Source: Candidatus Latescibacterota bacterium (GTDB taxonomy: Bacteria; Latescibacterota; UBA2968; GCA-2709665). From it: a stretch of 64,000 nt of DNA. Within the stretch, counting starts at the first letter, position 1. Each line of letters begins with the position of its first letter. Position numbers and translations under genes: made by a program. The notes beneath the pieces were generated by a model. It saw nothing but the letters and a program-made list of their open reading frames with translations, was not told the DNA's origin and searched no databases. Of the stretch, positions 48,074-58,498 are shown piece after piece. Location of the stretch: NCBI GenBank assembly GCA_965248435.1, contig OZ252100.1:3264001-3328000 (forward strand). Direction: 5' to 3'.

Positions 48074-51000
48074 ATGCAGCAGCGTTGCAACTCCAGAAAA
48101 GGGCTGTATCACCCCGAGTTTGAGCACGACGCCTGCGGCGTCGGGTTCATCGCCGACATCACGGGCCATAGAAGCTACGAGATCGTCCGTAAAGCGGTCC
48201 AGGCCGTGGCCAACCTCACCCACCGGGGTGCCGTGGATGCTGACGCGAAGACCGGGGACGGGGCGGGAATCCTGACGCAAATTCCTCGCAAGCTCTTTTC
48301 CCGTGAAGTGGAACGACTGGGTCACCGCGCCCTCGAGGGGGAAGACCTGGCCGTGGGGATGATCTTCCTGCCCAGGCTGGATGCAGCGGCCAACAATCGG
48401 TGTCGGGTGACGATCGAGGAGGCGGTGGATCATTACGACCTTACCTTCTTCGGATGGCGTCAAGTTCCTGTGGAGGTTTCCGTTCTCGGGGATACGGCTG
48501 CCGAACTGCTTCCAGACATTCAGCAAGTACTTATCGGGCGGCCCGGGAGCATGTCTGAGGTCGAATTCGAACGTTCCCTCTATCTGGTTCGGAAACAGAT
48601 CGAACGGTCCGTCTACCGCCACGGAATACGCGGCTGCTATATCTGTTCCCTTTCCAACCGGACGATCATCTACAAGGGAATGATGGTCGCGCCGCAGCTC
48701 TCCCGGTTTTACAAAGACCTAAAGAATCCGGATTTTGAGTCGGCTTTGGCCATCTTTCATCAGCGCTACAGCACGAATACGATGCCGAACTGGTTTCTCG
48801 CACAGCCCTTCCGCTTCCTCGCGCACAACGGCGAAATCAACACTTTGAAGGGGAACGTGAACTGGATCCGGGCGCGGGAGCCTGAGCTCAAGTCGAAGAT
48901 GTGGGGCCAGCAGATCAGCCGACTCCGGCCGATCATAGATCCGCTCGTGGCGAGCGATTCGGCCCGTATGGACAACGCCTTCGAATCCCTCGTGCTCTCA
49001 GGCCGGGATCCCATGCACGTGACGATGATGCTGATTCCCGAGGCCTATCAGAATATGCCGAATATGGATGAGGACCTCAGGGCGTTCTACGAGTTTCACG
49101 ACTGCCTGATGGAGCCGTGGGACGGACCTGCAGCGGTGGCCTTCAGCGACGGATCGGTCGTGGGGGCTGCGCTTGATCGGAACGGGCTTCGACCTGCACG
49201 TTACAAGGTTACAGATGACGGTCTCGTAATCATGGGTTCCGAAGTCGGGCTGCTTGAAGTAGACGATCGGAGGATCGTCAAGAAGGGCCGCCTTGGACCC
49301 GGGCAGATGATCGCTGTGGATACACGGCGCGGCGTTCTTCTGGACAACCAAGAGATCAAGAGTCAAATCGCCCGACGCAGGCCATTTGGCCAGTGGATCC
49401 GGGAGAACCTGATTCGGTTCGAGAGAGGCCGCTGCTCGGTGGAGCCGACGCCGGATGCTTCGGTTGAGGACTCAAATCTCAAGCAGCGTCAAAAGGCGTT
49501 CGGCTACACAGCCGACGAGATGGACTATGTCCTCGTTCCGATGGCGAATGACGCGAAGGAGCCGGTCGGTTCGATGGGAGATGATACGCCGCTCGCCTTT
49601 CTTTCTCGGAAACCCAAGCCGCTCTTCAATTACTTCACCCAGCTTTTCGCCCAGGTGACAAATCCCCCAATAGACCCTCTTCGAGAGGCACTGGTGATGT
49701 CACTCGACTTGCTCCTGGGATATCGTAGAAATTTGCTTGAGGAGAGTGAGAAACAGGCCAGACTCATCCGTCTTAGATCTCCGATTCTACTCAACTCAGA
49801 GCTGAACCATCTCCGTAGCATGATCGTGCCTGAGTTTGCCTCTGAAACTTTGCCGACGCTCTTCAATCCGGAGGAGGGTGCCGAGGGTCTTCGAAGAGCA
49901 CTGGACTGGGTATGCGCCCGGGCGGTTCAGGCAGTAGAAGGGGGCAGATCCCTGTTGATCTTGAGTGACAGAGGTGTTGGACCTTCGCGCGCACCGATTC
50001 CTATGCTGCTCGCCGTTGGGGCTGTACACTACCACCTGATTCGCGAACGAAAGCGAATGCAAGCCAGCCTGATCGTTGAATCCGGAGAGCCGCGGGAGGT
50101 TCACCACTTTGCGGCCTTGATTGGCTATGGGGCCAGCGCCGTTAATCCATATCTGGCTTATGAGACACTCAACGAGCTGGTAGGAGAGGGGGAGCTGGAG
50201 GATGAAGTGGTTTTCCCAAAGGCTCTGGCAAACTACCGCAAAGCATTGGAGGCAGGCCTCCTCAAGATCATGTCCAAGATGGGAATCTCAACGCTTTCGA
50301 GTTATCACGGCGCGCAGATTTTCGAATCCATCGGGCTCCACCAGGACTTGATCGATCGATACTTTACTGGAACCCATTCTCAGGTGGGGGGTATCGGACT
50401 GGAAGAGATTGCGGCCGATGTCCTTGAATTACACGCTCAGGCGTTCGGGCCTGACAAAAAGCCAGCCTTGCAGGACATGGGTATCTACCGGTTTCGGCGG
50501 GGCGGAGAGTACCATGCCCTGAATCCGCTCATCTTCAAGGCCATTCACAAAGTAGCAAAAAGTGGGGCTTACGAAGATTATCGGGAATACGCCAGGCTGG
50601 TCGGAAGCCGGCCACCATCAGCGCTGAGAGATCTGATGGCACTGGAGAGGGGGAGCAGCATCCCTCTGGACGAAGTCGAACCCGTGGAAGCCATTTGCAG
50701 GCGGTTTACGACTGCGGCCATGTCCCACGGGGCTCTTTCACGTGAGGCGCACGAGACGCTGGCGATTGCGATGAACCGGATGGGGGGTAAGAGCAACAGC
50801 GGGGAAGGTGGAGAAGACCCCGACCGATACCATCGTCTTCCCAACGGCGATTGGCCAAACAGCGCGATCAAGCAGGTCGCTTCAGGGCGATTCGGCGTTA
50901 CTCCGCAGTATCTGGTCTCGGCGCGTGAGCTGGAAATCAAGATGGCCCAGGGCTCCAAACCGGGAGAGGGGGGACAGCTCCCTGGACACAAGGTATCGGC

Positions 51001-52648
51001 CGAAATTGCCATGATCCGTCACTCTGTCCCCGGTGTGACGCTCATCTCTCCACCCCCGCACCATGATATCTATAGCATAGAGGACATTGCCCAGCTTATT
51101 TATGATTTGAAACACGTGAATCCACGCGCCAAGGTGTGCGTAAAGCTCGTCGCTTCATCGGGGATAGGCACGATCGCTGCGGGCGTGACAAAGGGATACG
51201 CTGATGTCATTCACATCAGCGGCTACGATGGTGGAACCGGTGCATCACCTATCAGCTCGATCAAGCACTCAGGATCTCCCTGGGAACTTGGTCTTTCTGA
51301 GGTGCAACAGACGCTCGTCCAAAACGATCTAAGGGGCCGCGTGACGATACGCGTGGACGGAGGCTTCAAGGTGGGGCGAGATGTGATCATCGCGGCTATC
51401 CTGGGCGCAGAAGAGTACGGATTCGGGACTTCGGCACTCGTGGCGGAAGGATGTGTGATGGCACGGCAGTGCCACCTCAATACGTGTCCCGTGGGGGTGG
51501 CCACGCAGAAACCGGAGCTACGGGACCGATTTGAAGGAACACCCGAGAGGGTGATATCGTTCCTCACGAATCTCGCACAGGAAGTGAGAGAGCTTCTCTC
51601 GATGCTTGGCTACAGGAGCCTTGATGAGATCATCGGTAGGCAGGGCTTATTGGCGCCGAAGATCGATTCCAACAACCCGAGGCTGCATTCCGTCGACCTC
51701 AGCCGCATCCTGATGGATCCCGATCCAAAAGGCACGAGGCCGCGCTTCCACACGAAAGAACGAAACGACCGCCCTGATGCTCCTCTGGATGACCTGATGC
51801 TTCAGGATGCAAGGGATGCGATTTCCAAGAATACATCCATCTCCCTGAGCTACGACATAAAGAACACTCACCGTGCTGTCGGGGCCAAACTCGCCGGGGA
51901 GATCGCTTACCACTATGGGGATTCAGGGCTTGATGGAACAATCGAATGCCGGCTCAAGGGAAGTGCCGGACAGAGCTTCGGCGCCTTCTGCATCCGCGGT
52001 TTGAAGCTGATTCTTACCGGAGAGGCAAATGATTACGTTGGGAAGGGTATGAACGGGGGTGACCTCGCCGTGATGCCCGCCGGTCAAGCGCGTTTCGAGA
52101 GCCACAAGAATACGATTGTGGGCAACACCGTCATGTATGGTGCGACCGGCGGGACGCTTTACGCCGCGGGTCAAGCCGGCGAACGATTCTGCGTGAGAAA
52201 CAGCGGGGGCAACGCCGTTGTGGAAGGCGTGGGTGACCACGGGTGTGAGTATATGACTGGAGGCACGGTGGTTGTTCTGGGAAGCACGGGGAGAAACTTC
52301 GGAGCAGGTATGACGGGCGGAACGGCTTTTGTGCTGGATGAAGAGGGTGCTTTCGAGATGCGCTTTAACCCCCAGTTGGTCGGCATCGTGCGAGTGAGAG
52401 AGGAAGATGACATCAAGCAGCTCCAGAAGATGATCGGCCACCATCTCGAGCTGACCAACAGCCGTCGGGCAAGCGAGATCCTTAATCGCTGGGAGCACTT
52501 TTTGCCCCTGTTCTACAAAGTCGCGCCACATCCCCCCGAGGCTGAAGATGAACTCGTCATCCCGGAACGCTATCAGGAGATCCATCGCAAAGGTAAATTC
52601 CCAACGCAGGCGCTCAGAAATCTTTTGAGCAAAGCGCCGACTTCGTGA
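48074..52648 (+). CDS. gltB: glutamate synthase large subunit
   Basis: EHDACGVGF, HQRYSTNT, KMAQGSKPGEGGQLPG, CVMARQCHLNTCP, GXGXG domain. Confidence 0.98.
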   Translation: MQQRCNSRKGLYHPEFEHDACGVGFIADITGHRSYEIVRKAVQAVANLTHRGAVDADAKTGDGAGILTQIPRKLFSREVERLGHRALEGEDLAVGMIFLPRLDAAANNRCRVTIEEAVDHYDLTFFGWRQVPVEVSVLGDTAAELLPDIQQVLIGRPGSMSEVEFERSLYLVRKQIERSVYRHGIRGCYICSLSNRTIIYKGMMVAPQLSRFYKDLKNPDFESALAIFHQRYSTNTMPNWFLAQPFRFLAHNGEINTLKGNVNWIRAREPELKSKMWGQQISRLRPIIDPLVASDSARMDNAFESLVLSGRDPMHVTMMLIPEAYQNMPNMDEDLRAFYEFHDCLMEPWDGPAAVAFSDGSVVGAALDRNGLRPARYKVTDDGLVIMGSEVGLLEVDDRRIVKKGRLGPGQMIAVDTRRGVLLDNQEIKSQIARRRPFGQWIRENLIRFERGRCSVEPTPDASVEDSNLKQRQKAFGYTADEMDYVLVPMANDAKEPVGSMGDDTPLAFLSRKPKPLFNYFTQLFAQVTNPPIDPLREALVMSLDLLLGYRRNLLEESEKQARLIRLRSPILLNSELNHLRSMIVPEFASETLPTLFNPEEGAEGLRRALDWVCARAVQAVEGGRSLLILSDRGVGPSRAPIPMLLAVGAVHYHLIRERKRMQASLIVESGEPREVHHFAALIGYGASAVNPYLAYETLNELVGEGELEDEVVFPKALANYRKALEAGLLKIMSKMGISTLSSYHGAQIFESIGLHQDLIDRYFTGTHSQVGGIGLEEIAADVLELHAQAFGPDKKPALQDMGIYRFRRGGEYHALNPLIFKAIHKVAKSGAYEDYREYARLVGSRPPSALRDLMALERGSSIPLDEVEPVEAICRRFTTAAMSHGALSREAHETLAIAMNRMGGKSNSGEGGEDPDRYHRLPNGDWPNSAIKQVASGRFGVTPQYLVSARELEIKMAQGSKPGEGGQLPGHKVSAEIAMIRHSVPGVTLISPPPHHDIYSIEDIAQLIYDLKHVNPRAKVCVKLVASSGIGTIAAGVTKGYADVIHISGYDGGTGASPISSIKHSGSPWELGLSEVQQTLVQNDLRGRVTIRVDGGFKVGRDVIIAAILGAEEYGFGTSALVAEGCVMARQCHLNTCPVGVATQKPELRDRFEGTPERVISFLTNLAQEVRELLSMLGYRSLDEIIGRQGLLAPKIDSNNPRLHSVDLSRILMDPDPKGTRPRFHTKERNDRPDAPLDDLMLQDARDAISKNTSISLSYDIKNTHRAVGAKLAGEIAYHYGDSGLDGTIECRLKGSAGQSFGAFCIRGLKLILTGEANDYVGKGMNGGDLAVMPAGQARFESHKNTIVGNTVMYGATGGTLYAAGQAGERFCVRNSGGNAVVEGVGDHGCEYMTGGTVVVLGSTGRNFGAGMTGGTAFVLDEEGAFEMRFNPQLVGIVRVREEDDIKQLQKMIGHHLELTNSRRASEILNRWEHFLPLFYKVAPHPPEAEDELVIPERYQEIHRKGKFPTQALRNLLSKAPTS

Positions 52649-52685
52649 TAAAAACCGCTCGCAACCATTCCGATGCTGTTAATGG

Positions 52686-52712
52686 ACCCGGCTGCTCGCC
52701 GGGTTTTTTTTT
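52686..52712 (+). terminator. intrinsic terminator after gltB
   Basis: ACCCGGC-N5-GCCGGGT followed by a T run. Confidence 0.85.
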
Positions 52713-52763
52713 CGTTCACCAGACTATTTGACAGGCGCAACGTTTAAGATCGAGGAGAACTCC

Positions 52764-54053
52764 GTGGCCACAGATTTAGCCAATCACATCCGTGAAACCC
52801 GACTTAGTGACACCCACGAACACCTTTTGGAGGAACAGGAGTGGATCGAGCAGGGGCCTGACGTGCTACAGGACCTGTTTGGAAACTACGTGACAGGAGA
52901 CCTGATCAGCGCGGGCGCGTCTCCTGAGGCTGTGAAACGCCTGATGGATGCGACAGACCCCGATCTTGCCGGACGCTTCGACGGCATCAGGCCGGCCTGG
53001 GAGGCAACCCGGCTTACCGGTTATGGAGAGGCCGTCCGACTGATCGCCTCTGAGATCTACGAGCTGCCAGAGATCACCCCGGAATGTCTCTCCTTGGGAC
53101 AGGAAAAACTCCTCAAGTTGAGGACCCCCGGCGAACGCTACCGCCTCCTTCACGATCGCGCGATGCTGGACCACGTCCAGATAGATGACAAGCGTTGGGC
53201 GTGCGTGCCTGACGCGTCCGGGCCAGAATTCTTCCTGTATGACATCTCCTGGAAGTTTTTCTGCATTGGAAGAATCGAATTCGATCTCCTTGCGGAGGAA
53301 TCAGGAGTCGAGGTCAAGGACCTGAAGAGTCTGGGTCGAGCCATGGAGATCTTATTCGAGAAGAACGCGGCCTGTGCGATTGCCGTCAAGGCCCAGCACG
53401 CCTATCAGCGGACTCTAAAATGGGTTGAACGGGCCGATTCGGATGCGGAGCGGGCCCTTCAGTCTAGTCTGATTTCGGACGAATCGCTTTCTGAAGCGGA
53501 CCGCCTTTGTTTGGGGGACTGGTGCTGGGCGAAGGGTATTGAACTGGCAATCGAATACGACCTTCCCTTTAAGATCCATACCGGCTATTACGCGGGCAAC
53601 GGGCGCATGCCAGTAGACCGGATTTCTTCCGGAAACTTGCATCCCATTCTATCTCGATATCCAGATGCCCGATTCGTATTGATGCATATCGCCTATCCTT
53701 ACTGCGACGAACTCGTTGCAATGGCCAAACACTACTCGAATGTGTGGGTGGACCTATGCTGGGCGTGGTCGATAGACCCCTACAGCAGCAGCGATTTTGT
53801 TAGACGATTCATCCACGCGGTTCCCATCACAAAGCTCTTTGCTTTTGGCGGGGACACCATGTGGCCCACGAGCGCTGCAGCGTACGCCATTCAGGCTCGC
53901 ACGTGGATGACCCGCACACTCGAACGCGAGGTGGCCAGCGGCGACTTGAGCGAGGCTCAAGCTATCCACGTCGCGAACCGGTTAATGCTAGAAAACCAGG
54001 CAGATTGTTTTGACCTGGATGGCACACGGAGGGCGATTCAAAGAGCCGTGTGA
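52764..54053 (+). CDS. amidohydrolase-superfamily protein (uronate isomerase-like)
   Basis: DTHEH, KIHTG, LMHIAYPY, VDLCWAW, FGGD; RBS GAGGAG before GTG 52764. Confidence 0.8.
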   Translation: MATDLANHIRETRLSDTHEHLLEEQEWIEQGPDVLQDLFGNYVTGDLISAGASPEAVKRLMDATDPDLAGRFDGIRPAWEATRLTGYGEAVRLIASEIYELPEITPECLSLGQEKLLKLRTPGERYRLLHDRAMLDHVQIDDKRWACVPDASGPEFFLYDISWKFFCIGRIEFDLLAEESGVEVKDLKSLGRAMEILFEKNAACAIAVKAQHAYQRTLKWVERADSDAERALQSSLISDESLSEADRLCLGDWCWAKGIELAIEYDLPFKIHTGYYAGNGRMPVDRISSGNLHPILSRYPDARFVLMHIAYPYCDELVAMAKHYSNVWVDLCWAWSIDPYSSSDFVRRFIHAVPITKLFAFGGDTMWPTSAAAYAIQARTWMTRTLEREVASGDLSEAQAIHVANRLMLENQADCFDLDGTRRAIQRAV

Positions 54054-55015
54054 TCATCTTGAATCATCTCAAAGTAGGTCACAAAAAGAAAAGTACTCCC
54101 CGGACTCCCTCGGTTTATCCGATAGGGAGTTTTTCCGCATCCAAACAATCCGATATCCTATATTTTCGCTATATGCCTTTTCGAACCGGTGTTAGATCCA
54201 TATTGGGGGAGGATCGACGTCCCGCACGCTTGAGGGATGGCGGTCATCGTGGACTTTGTGGGTTCGTGTGCGGGCTCGTGTTTTCCCTGTTGTCGAACTC
54301 CGTCATTTTTGCGGAAGAGGCACAACAGGATTCGACTTCGCTTGCCGCGGATTCGGTTGTCGTCATTGAGACATTCGACTACCCGGAGCAGATCGGACAG
54401 TTTCCTGACACCTGGGAAGGCAGATCGGGATGGAGGCGGGTGAGGAAGGGGCTCTATTACACGATCCGGGAGGAGGATGGCAACACATTTCTTCACGCTG
54501 AAACTACTGGAAAGGCGATTAACGCCGGCACGCCAGCGGATGTCAACCTGCGTATCTACAGCCGCCTGCGGTGGCGCTGGCGGGTCACGAGCCTGCCTAT
54601 TGGGGGAAACGAAGAGATAGAAGAAAAGAATGACAGTGGAGCATGTGTTCGGCTCGTTTTCATCGGAGGGATCATTCCGAAAACGCTCAAATACGTATGG
54701 AGTGCTTCACTTCCGGTTGGAACGGAGACCGCCAGTCCGACCAACGACCGAACTCGTGTGATCGTGCTGAAAAGAGGTATGCGGAATGCGGGAAAGTGGG
54801 TCTGGGAGGAAGTAAACGCCTATGAGGATTACAAGCGTGTGTTCGGTGGTGAACCGCGTCCGGTCAAGTTACTTGCTGTAATAACAGATTCCGATAACAC
54901 AAACACGTACGTCGAAGCCGACTATGACGATTTCCTATTTCTTAAATCACCTCAACGAGCTCCGACCGTGGAACGGGAGGAGACGCATCAGGATTCTCTG
55001 GAGACTCTACCATGA
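54050..55015 (+). CDS. DUF3047 family protein
   Basis: LRWRWRV..LP, NDSGA, LKYVWS, W..EEVN..EDY...FG, ITDSDNT, YDD; true start probably downstream of 54050. Confidence 0.78.
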   Translation: MIILNHLKVGHKKKSTPRTPSVYPIGSFSASKQSDILYFRYMPFRTGVRSILGEDRRPARLRDGGHRGLCGFVCGLVFSLLSNSVIFAEEAQQDSTSLAADSVVVIETFDYPEQIGQFPDTWEGRSGWRRVRKGLYYTIREEDGNTFLHAETTGKAINAGTPADVNLRIYSRLRWRWRVTSLPIGGNEEIEEKNDSGACVRLVFIGGIIPKTLKYVWSASLPVGTETASPTNDRTRVIVLKRGMRNAGKWVWEEVNAYEDYKRVFGGEPRPVKLLAVITDSDNTNTYVEADYDDFLFLKSPQRAPTVEREETHQDSLETLP

Positions 55016-56256
55016 GCACAAATTCGACACAACGCTGCGTTCGCGACACAGGCATTCTCAGAAGATGGCCGAAAAAAGGAACCCGGGACAAGATTGTCCA
55101 AGCTTTGGGGCTCGTCCCCTGGGTCCTTGGGATGGGTCTGACTCTTCTCTCCACGGAACTGGACGCTCAAAACGTCTCTGTTACGGACTACAGCGTGCCA
55201 ATCAGCCGTGCAGACAATCTGAGAATCGATGTTCTCAGTCTCAACTACGTCACTGAGGGAGAGGACGCCGTGGTGCAAAACGGAAACCTTGGCGTTGTTT
55301 ACAAAAAATTCTACGATTCCCTGCCGTTCGCCTATTCGGTGGACCTGATTACGACCGCATCATTCAACAAAGATGCATCGGATGAGCTGGCCGGAGATCT
55401 AGCAACTAATCTCGTAACCCGCCTCAAGCGTTACACGCCCCCACAAGGGAATATATTCATGTTTGGAGATACCGATTTCGATTTGGAGGATAGCTTCGAC
55501 CGCCCGGCTGTCGACATGACACTGGGAATCGGATACGGCCGCTTTATCAATGCAACAGCGCTTCGTAAGGCGGTTCGTATCGAAGAGATGTTCCTTGATG
55601 AAGGGATCATCTCGGAGCGTCTGCCAAAGGAACCGATGATCGAACTGGGGCACCTCATCGAAAGAGAACAGGAATACAAGGACCTGTATAGTGATCGCTA
55701 TCTGAACTACTGGTTCGAAGATATGACGAACGAGATTACGAAGTCAGGACTCGTGCTGGGCGATGTGGGTTTTGGTATTCTCAGGATGCAGGAGGTGCTC
55801 TTCCAGGAACGGATCAATGATCGGTTTTATGGGTGGGAGGCCACCGCAGGAATTCAGTTCGAGGTCCTGACGCCAGAAGTGGGTCAGGGCAGGAGGGATC
55901 CATCTTTTTCAGCCGGCTTTCGGTATTCTCGGCCCATCAGCTGGAGCACTCAGATAAATGCGCGTTTTGATGTCACGACGCCCTTTACGGGGGACTTCGG
56001 CCAGGTATACAATATCATTCAGACAACCGACGTTGTGTACGAGTTCACGAACAAGATCAGTTTCGCGGCCGCACATAGATTCCGTGCAGACAAACAGCGG
56101 GGCACCGACGCTATGTTGAGCACAAACATTTCCTTCGCGTTGAACTTCTTCCTGGAAAATAAGGTCAATCTTACTGCCTCCGAACAGATTGCCACCGTTG
56201 AAGGCGAGCCGTTCAGGCAGAGCTTCAACTTCGGCCTGAGTTTCAGAATTTTCTAG
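55012..56256 (+). CDS. hypothetical exported protein, possible outer-membrane beta-barrel
   Basis: signal-like segment ending LDA-Q; amphipathic strands; C-terminal FNFGLSFRIF. Confidence 0.6.
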   Translation: MSTNSTQRCVRDTGILRRWPKKGTRDKIVQALGLVPWVLGMGLTLLSTELDAQNVSVTDYSVPISRADNLRIDVLSLNYVTEGEDAVVQNGNLGVVYKKFYDSLPFAYSVDLITTASFNKDASDELAGDLATNLVTRLKRYTPPQGNIFMFGDTDFDLEDSFDRPAVDMTLGIGYGRFINATALRKAVRIEEMFLDEGIISERLPKEPMIELGHLIEREQEYKDLYSDRYLNYWFEDMTNEITKSGLVLGDVGFGILRMQEVLFQERINDRFYGWEATAGIQFEVLTPEVGQGRRDPSFSAGFRYSRPISWSTQINARFDVTTPFTGDFGQVYNIIQTTDVVYEFTNKISFAAAHRFRADKQRGTDAMLSTNISFALNFFLENKVNLTASEQIATVEGEPFRQSFNFGLSFRIF

Positions 56257-56342
56257 AGTTTATCCTCAGCGCCTAATAGCCACGGCATTCAATCCTACAG
56301 AGCCTCTGTTATAGCCGCCAGTCTACTCTCGCGACACCCTCC

Positions 56343-58181
56343 CTATCCAGCCATCTCGCTAACTGCTGCCACGATATGATCCGCGTCGATTTTGTACCGG
56401 GCCAGAAGCTCTTCAGGTTTGCCCGACCGGGGAAGGTCTCTCACGGCGAGGAGCCTGAGATGAGCCCCCGTTCCCATCAGCGCTGATTGCACGGCCTCTC
56501 CTATGCCCCCCTCCGGATAATGGTCTTCTACTGTGATGACTTTGCCAGCGGTCTCTTGAGCGGACTCTCGCACGGCCTCCTCGTCGACCGGTTTCACGGA
56601 GAAGAGGTCGATGATCCGGATATTCACTCCATCTGATCGCAACGAATCGTATGCCTTCAATGCTTCGAACAACGTCACTCCTGCTGCGACTACGGTTACG
56701 ACATCCGTATCGCTTGAACGGAGGACCTTTGCTTTGCCGATTTCGAACTCTACATCGTTGGAATATAGGACCGGTGTATTCGGCCTGGAGGTCCGAATAA
56801 AGAACATACCGTGATTCTCCGCGGCCAACTTGACCGAGGCTTCCGCAGAGACGGCATCCGAAGGGTAGAGAACAGTACAGCCTGGAATCGTCCTCATGCA
56901 CGCGAGGTCTTCCAGTCCCATTTGCGAGGGGCCATCCTGACCGATCGAGATTCCGGCGTGTGACCCTGCCATTTTTAGATTGGCCATAGAGATGGCTGCC
57001 ATCCTGATCTGATCGTACGCTCGCGCGAAAAAGGCCGCGAAGGTCGAGACAAACGGGATCTTGCCTCGCGTACCGAGGCCGACACCCACGCCGACAAGAT
57101 TTTGCTCTGCAATAAAGCACTCGAAGAAGCGCTCTGGGTGGGCCTTGAGGAAGGCGTCGGAATAAGTCGAGTTCTTGGTGTCCCCATCCAGGGCAACCAC
57201 GCGCGGGTCTACCTCCCCCAGCCGGGCCAAAGCGTTGCCGTAGGCACTTCGTGTGGCGACCATCTGACCGATTTCGTATTGCGGGGGGGACAGCTTGCCG
57301 ATCTTGGGTGGAGACATCCCGTTCGGCTCGACCTTATTCACGGAAAGTCGAACGTCCGGACTCAGGTTGAGCTCAGATAGGGCACGCTCCAAGTCTTCGG
57401 CGCTTTCCAGCGGCTTACCGTGCAATCCATCCCTGTCCTCCAGAGAAGAAACGCCTTTACCTTTCATCGTTTTGACGACAATGGCCGTAGGTCTATCCTT
57501 GGTGCGAGCCGCTGTTTCGTAGGCACTCAGAATCTGTTCGAAATCGTGGCCGTCGATCGAGAGCGCGTTCCAGCCAAAAGCCTCGAAGCGCTGCACGTAT
57601 GGACCGATGTCGTGGCCGAACATCGTGGCCTGGCTTTGCCCCAGCCGGTTCACATCCACGATGGCACACAGGTTGTTCAGCTTGTAGTGACTTGCGAAAG
57701 CGGCAGCCTCCCAGACCGCCCCTTCAGCGACCTCACCATCACCCAGGAGGACGTAGACGCGATAGTCGAGTCGGTCCAGGTATTTTCCATTCAGCGCGAT
57801 CCCCGCTCCAGCAGACAGTCCCTGTCCGAGGGACCCCGTTGCCACGTCTACGAATGGAATCCTCGGGGTTGGATGCCCTTCCAGGTCGGAATCGATCCGG
57901 CGCAGGTTGAGAAGGTCCTCGGCAGGGAAGGCCCCGGCTTCACTCCAGGCCGCGTAAAGCAAAGGCGCAGCGTGCCCCTTTGAGAGGACAAAGCGGTCAT
58001 TGTTCGGGAGCTCCGGTCGCTTGGGGTCAAAGCGCATTACTCCAAAGAACAGGGCCGCAACCAGATCCGCCGCCGACAGACAAGATGTGGGATGACCGGA
58101 ACCGGCCTTAAACGTAGATCGAATACTATGAGCTCGAAGACGGTTGGCCATTGCCTGAAGGTTTTCTACCTTGCTGTTCAC
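56343..58181 (-). CDS. tkt: transketolase (compact ~612 aa type)
   Basis: GSGHPTSC, DRFVLSKGHAAP, ATGSLGQGL, GDGE, IAEQN, GQDGPSQM; start GTG 58181 with RBS GAGGAGG. Confidence 0.96.
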   Translation of the reverse strand: MNSKVENLQAMANRLRAHSIRSTFKAGSGHPTSCLSAADLVAALFFGVMRFDPKRPELPNNDRFVLSKGHAAPLLYAAWSEAGAFPAEDLLNLRRIDSDLEGHPTPRIPFVDVATGSLGQGLSAGAGIALNGKYLDRLDYRVYVLLGDGEVAEGAVWEAAAFASHYKLNNLCAIVDVNRLGQSQATMFGHDIGPYVQRFEAFGWNALSIDGHDFEQILSAYETAARTKDRPTAIVVKTMKGKGVSSLEDRDGLHGKPLESAEDLERALSELNLSPDVRLSVNKVEPNGMSPPKIGKLSPPQYEIGQMVATRSAYGNALARLGEVDPRVVALDGDTKNSTYSDAFLKAHPERFFECFIAEQNLVGVGVGLGTRGKIPFVSTFAAFFARAYDQIRMAAISMANLKMAGSHAGISIGQDGPSQMGLEDLACMRTIPGCTVLYPSDAVSAEASVKLAAENHGMFFIRTSRPNTPVLYSNDVEFEIGKAKVLRSSDTDVVTVVAAGVTLFEALKAYDSLRSDGVNIRIIDLFSVKPVDEEAVRESAQETAGKVITVEDHYPEGGIGEAVQSALMGTGAHLRLLAVRDLPRSGKPEELLARYKIDADHIVAAVSEMAG

Positions 58182-58281
58182 AGATTCCTCCTCTGAAGTC
58201 AGGACCGGGTGGGAGGCCACTTGGAAGTCGCATCGATCCCCTAAAATAGTCTCCGTCTGCTCAAAAGACAAAGGAGAAAAT

Positions 58282-58366
58282 CCGGGTACCGGAAGACCGG
58301 GTACCGGGAAACCAAAACACGGGTACCGGGTACCGTCAATTGCGGATTGCGGATTGGAGATTACGG
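58282..58366. repeat. CGGGTAC and ATTGCGG heptamer arrays
   Basis: CGGGTACCG x4 (58282-58335); ATTGCGG-ATTGCGG-ATTGGAG-ATTACGG (58339-58366). Confidence 0.75.
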
Positions 58367-58498
58367 AAAGGCAGGATCACGGAAGTGCACGAAAGACAGG
58401 AATTCGAAATTGAATCGCCTCTACCGTAGCCCTGCTTGTCATTCCGAGCGCTAGCGAGGAATCTCAGCAGGCAATGCAGCAGCCGCTAATTCAAGAAC

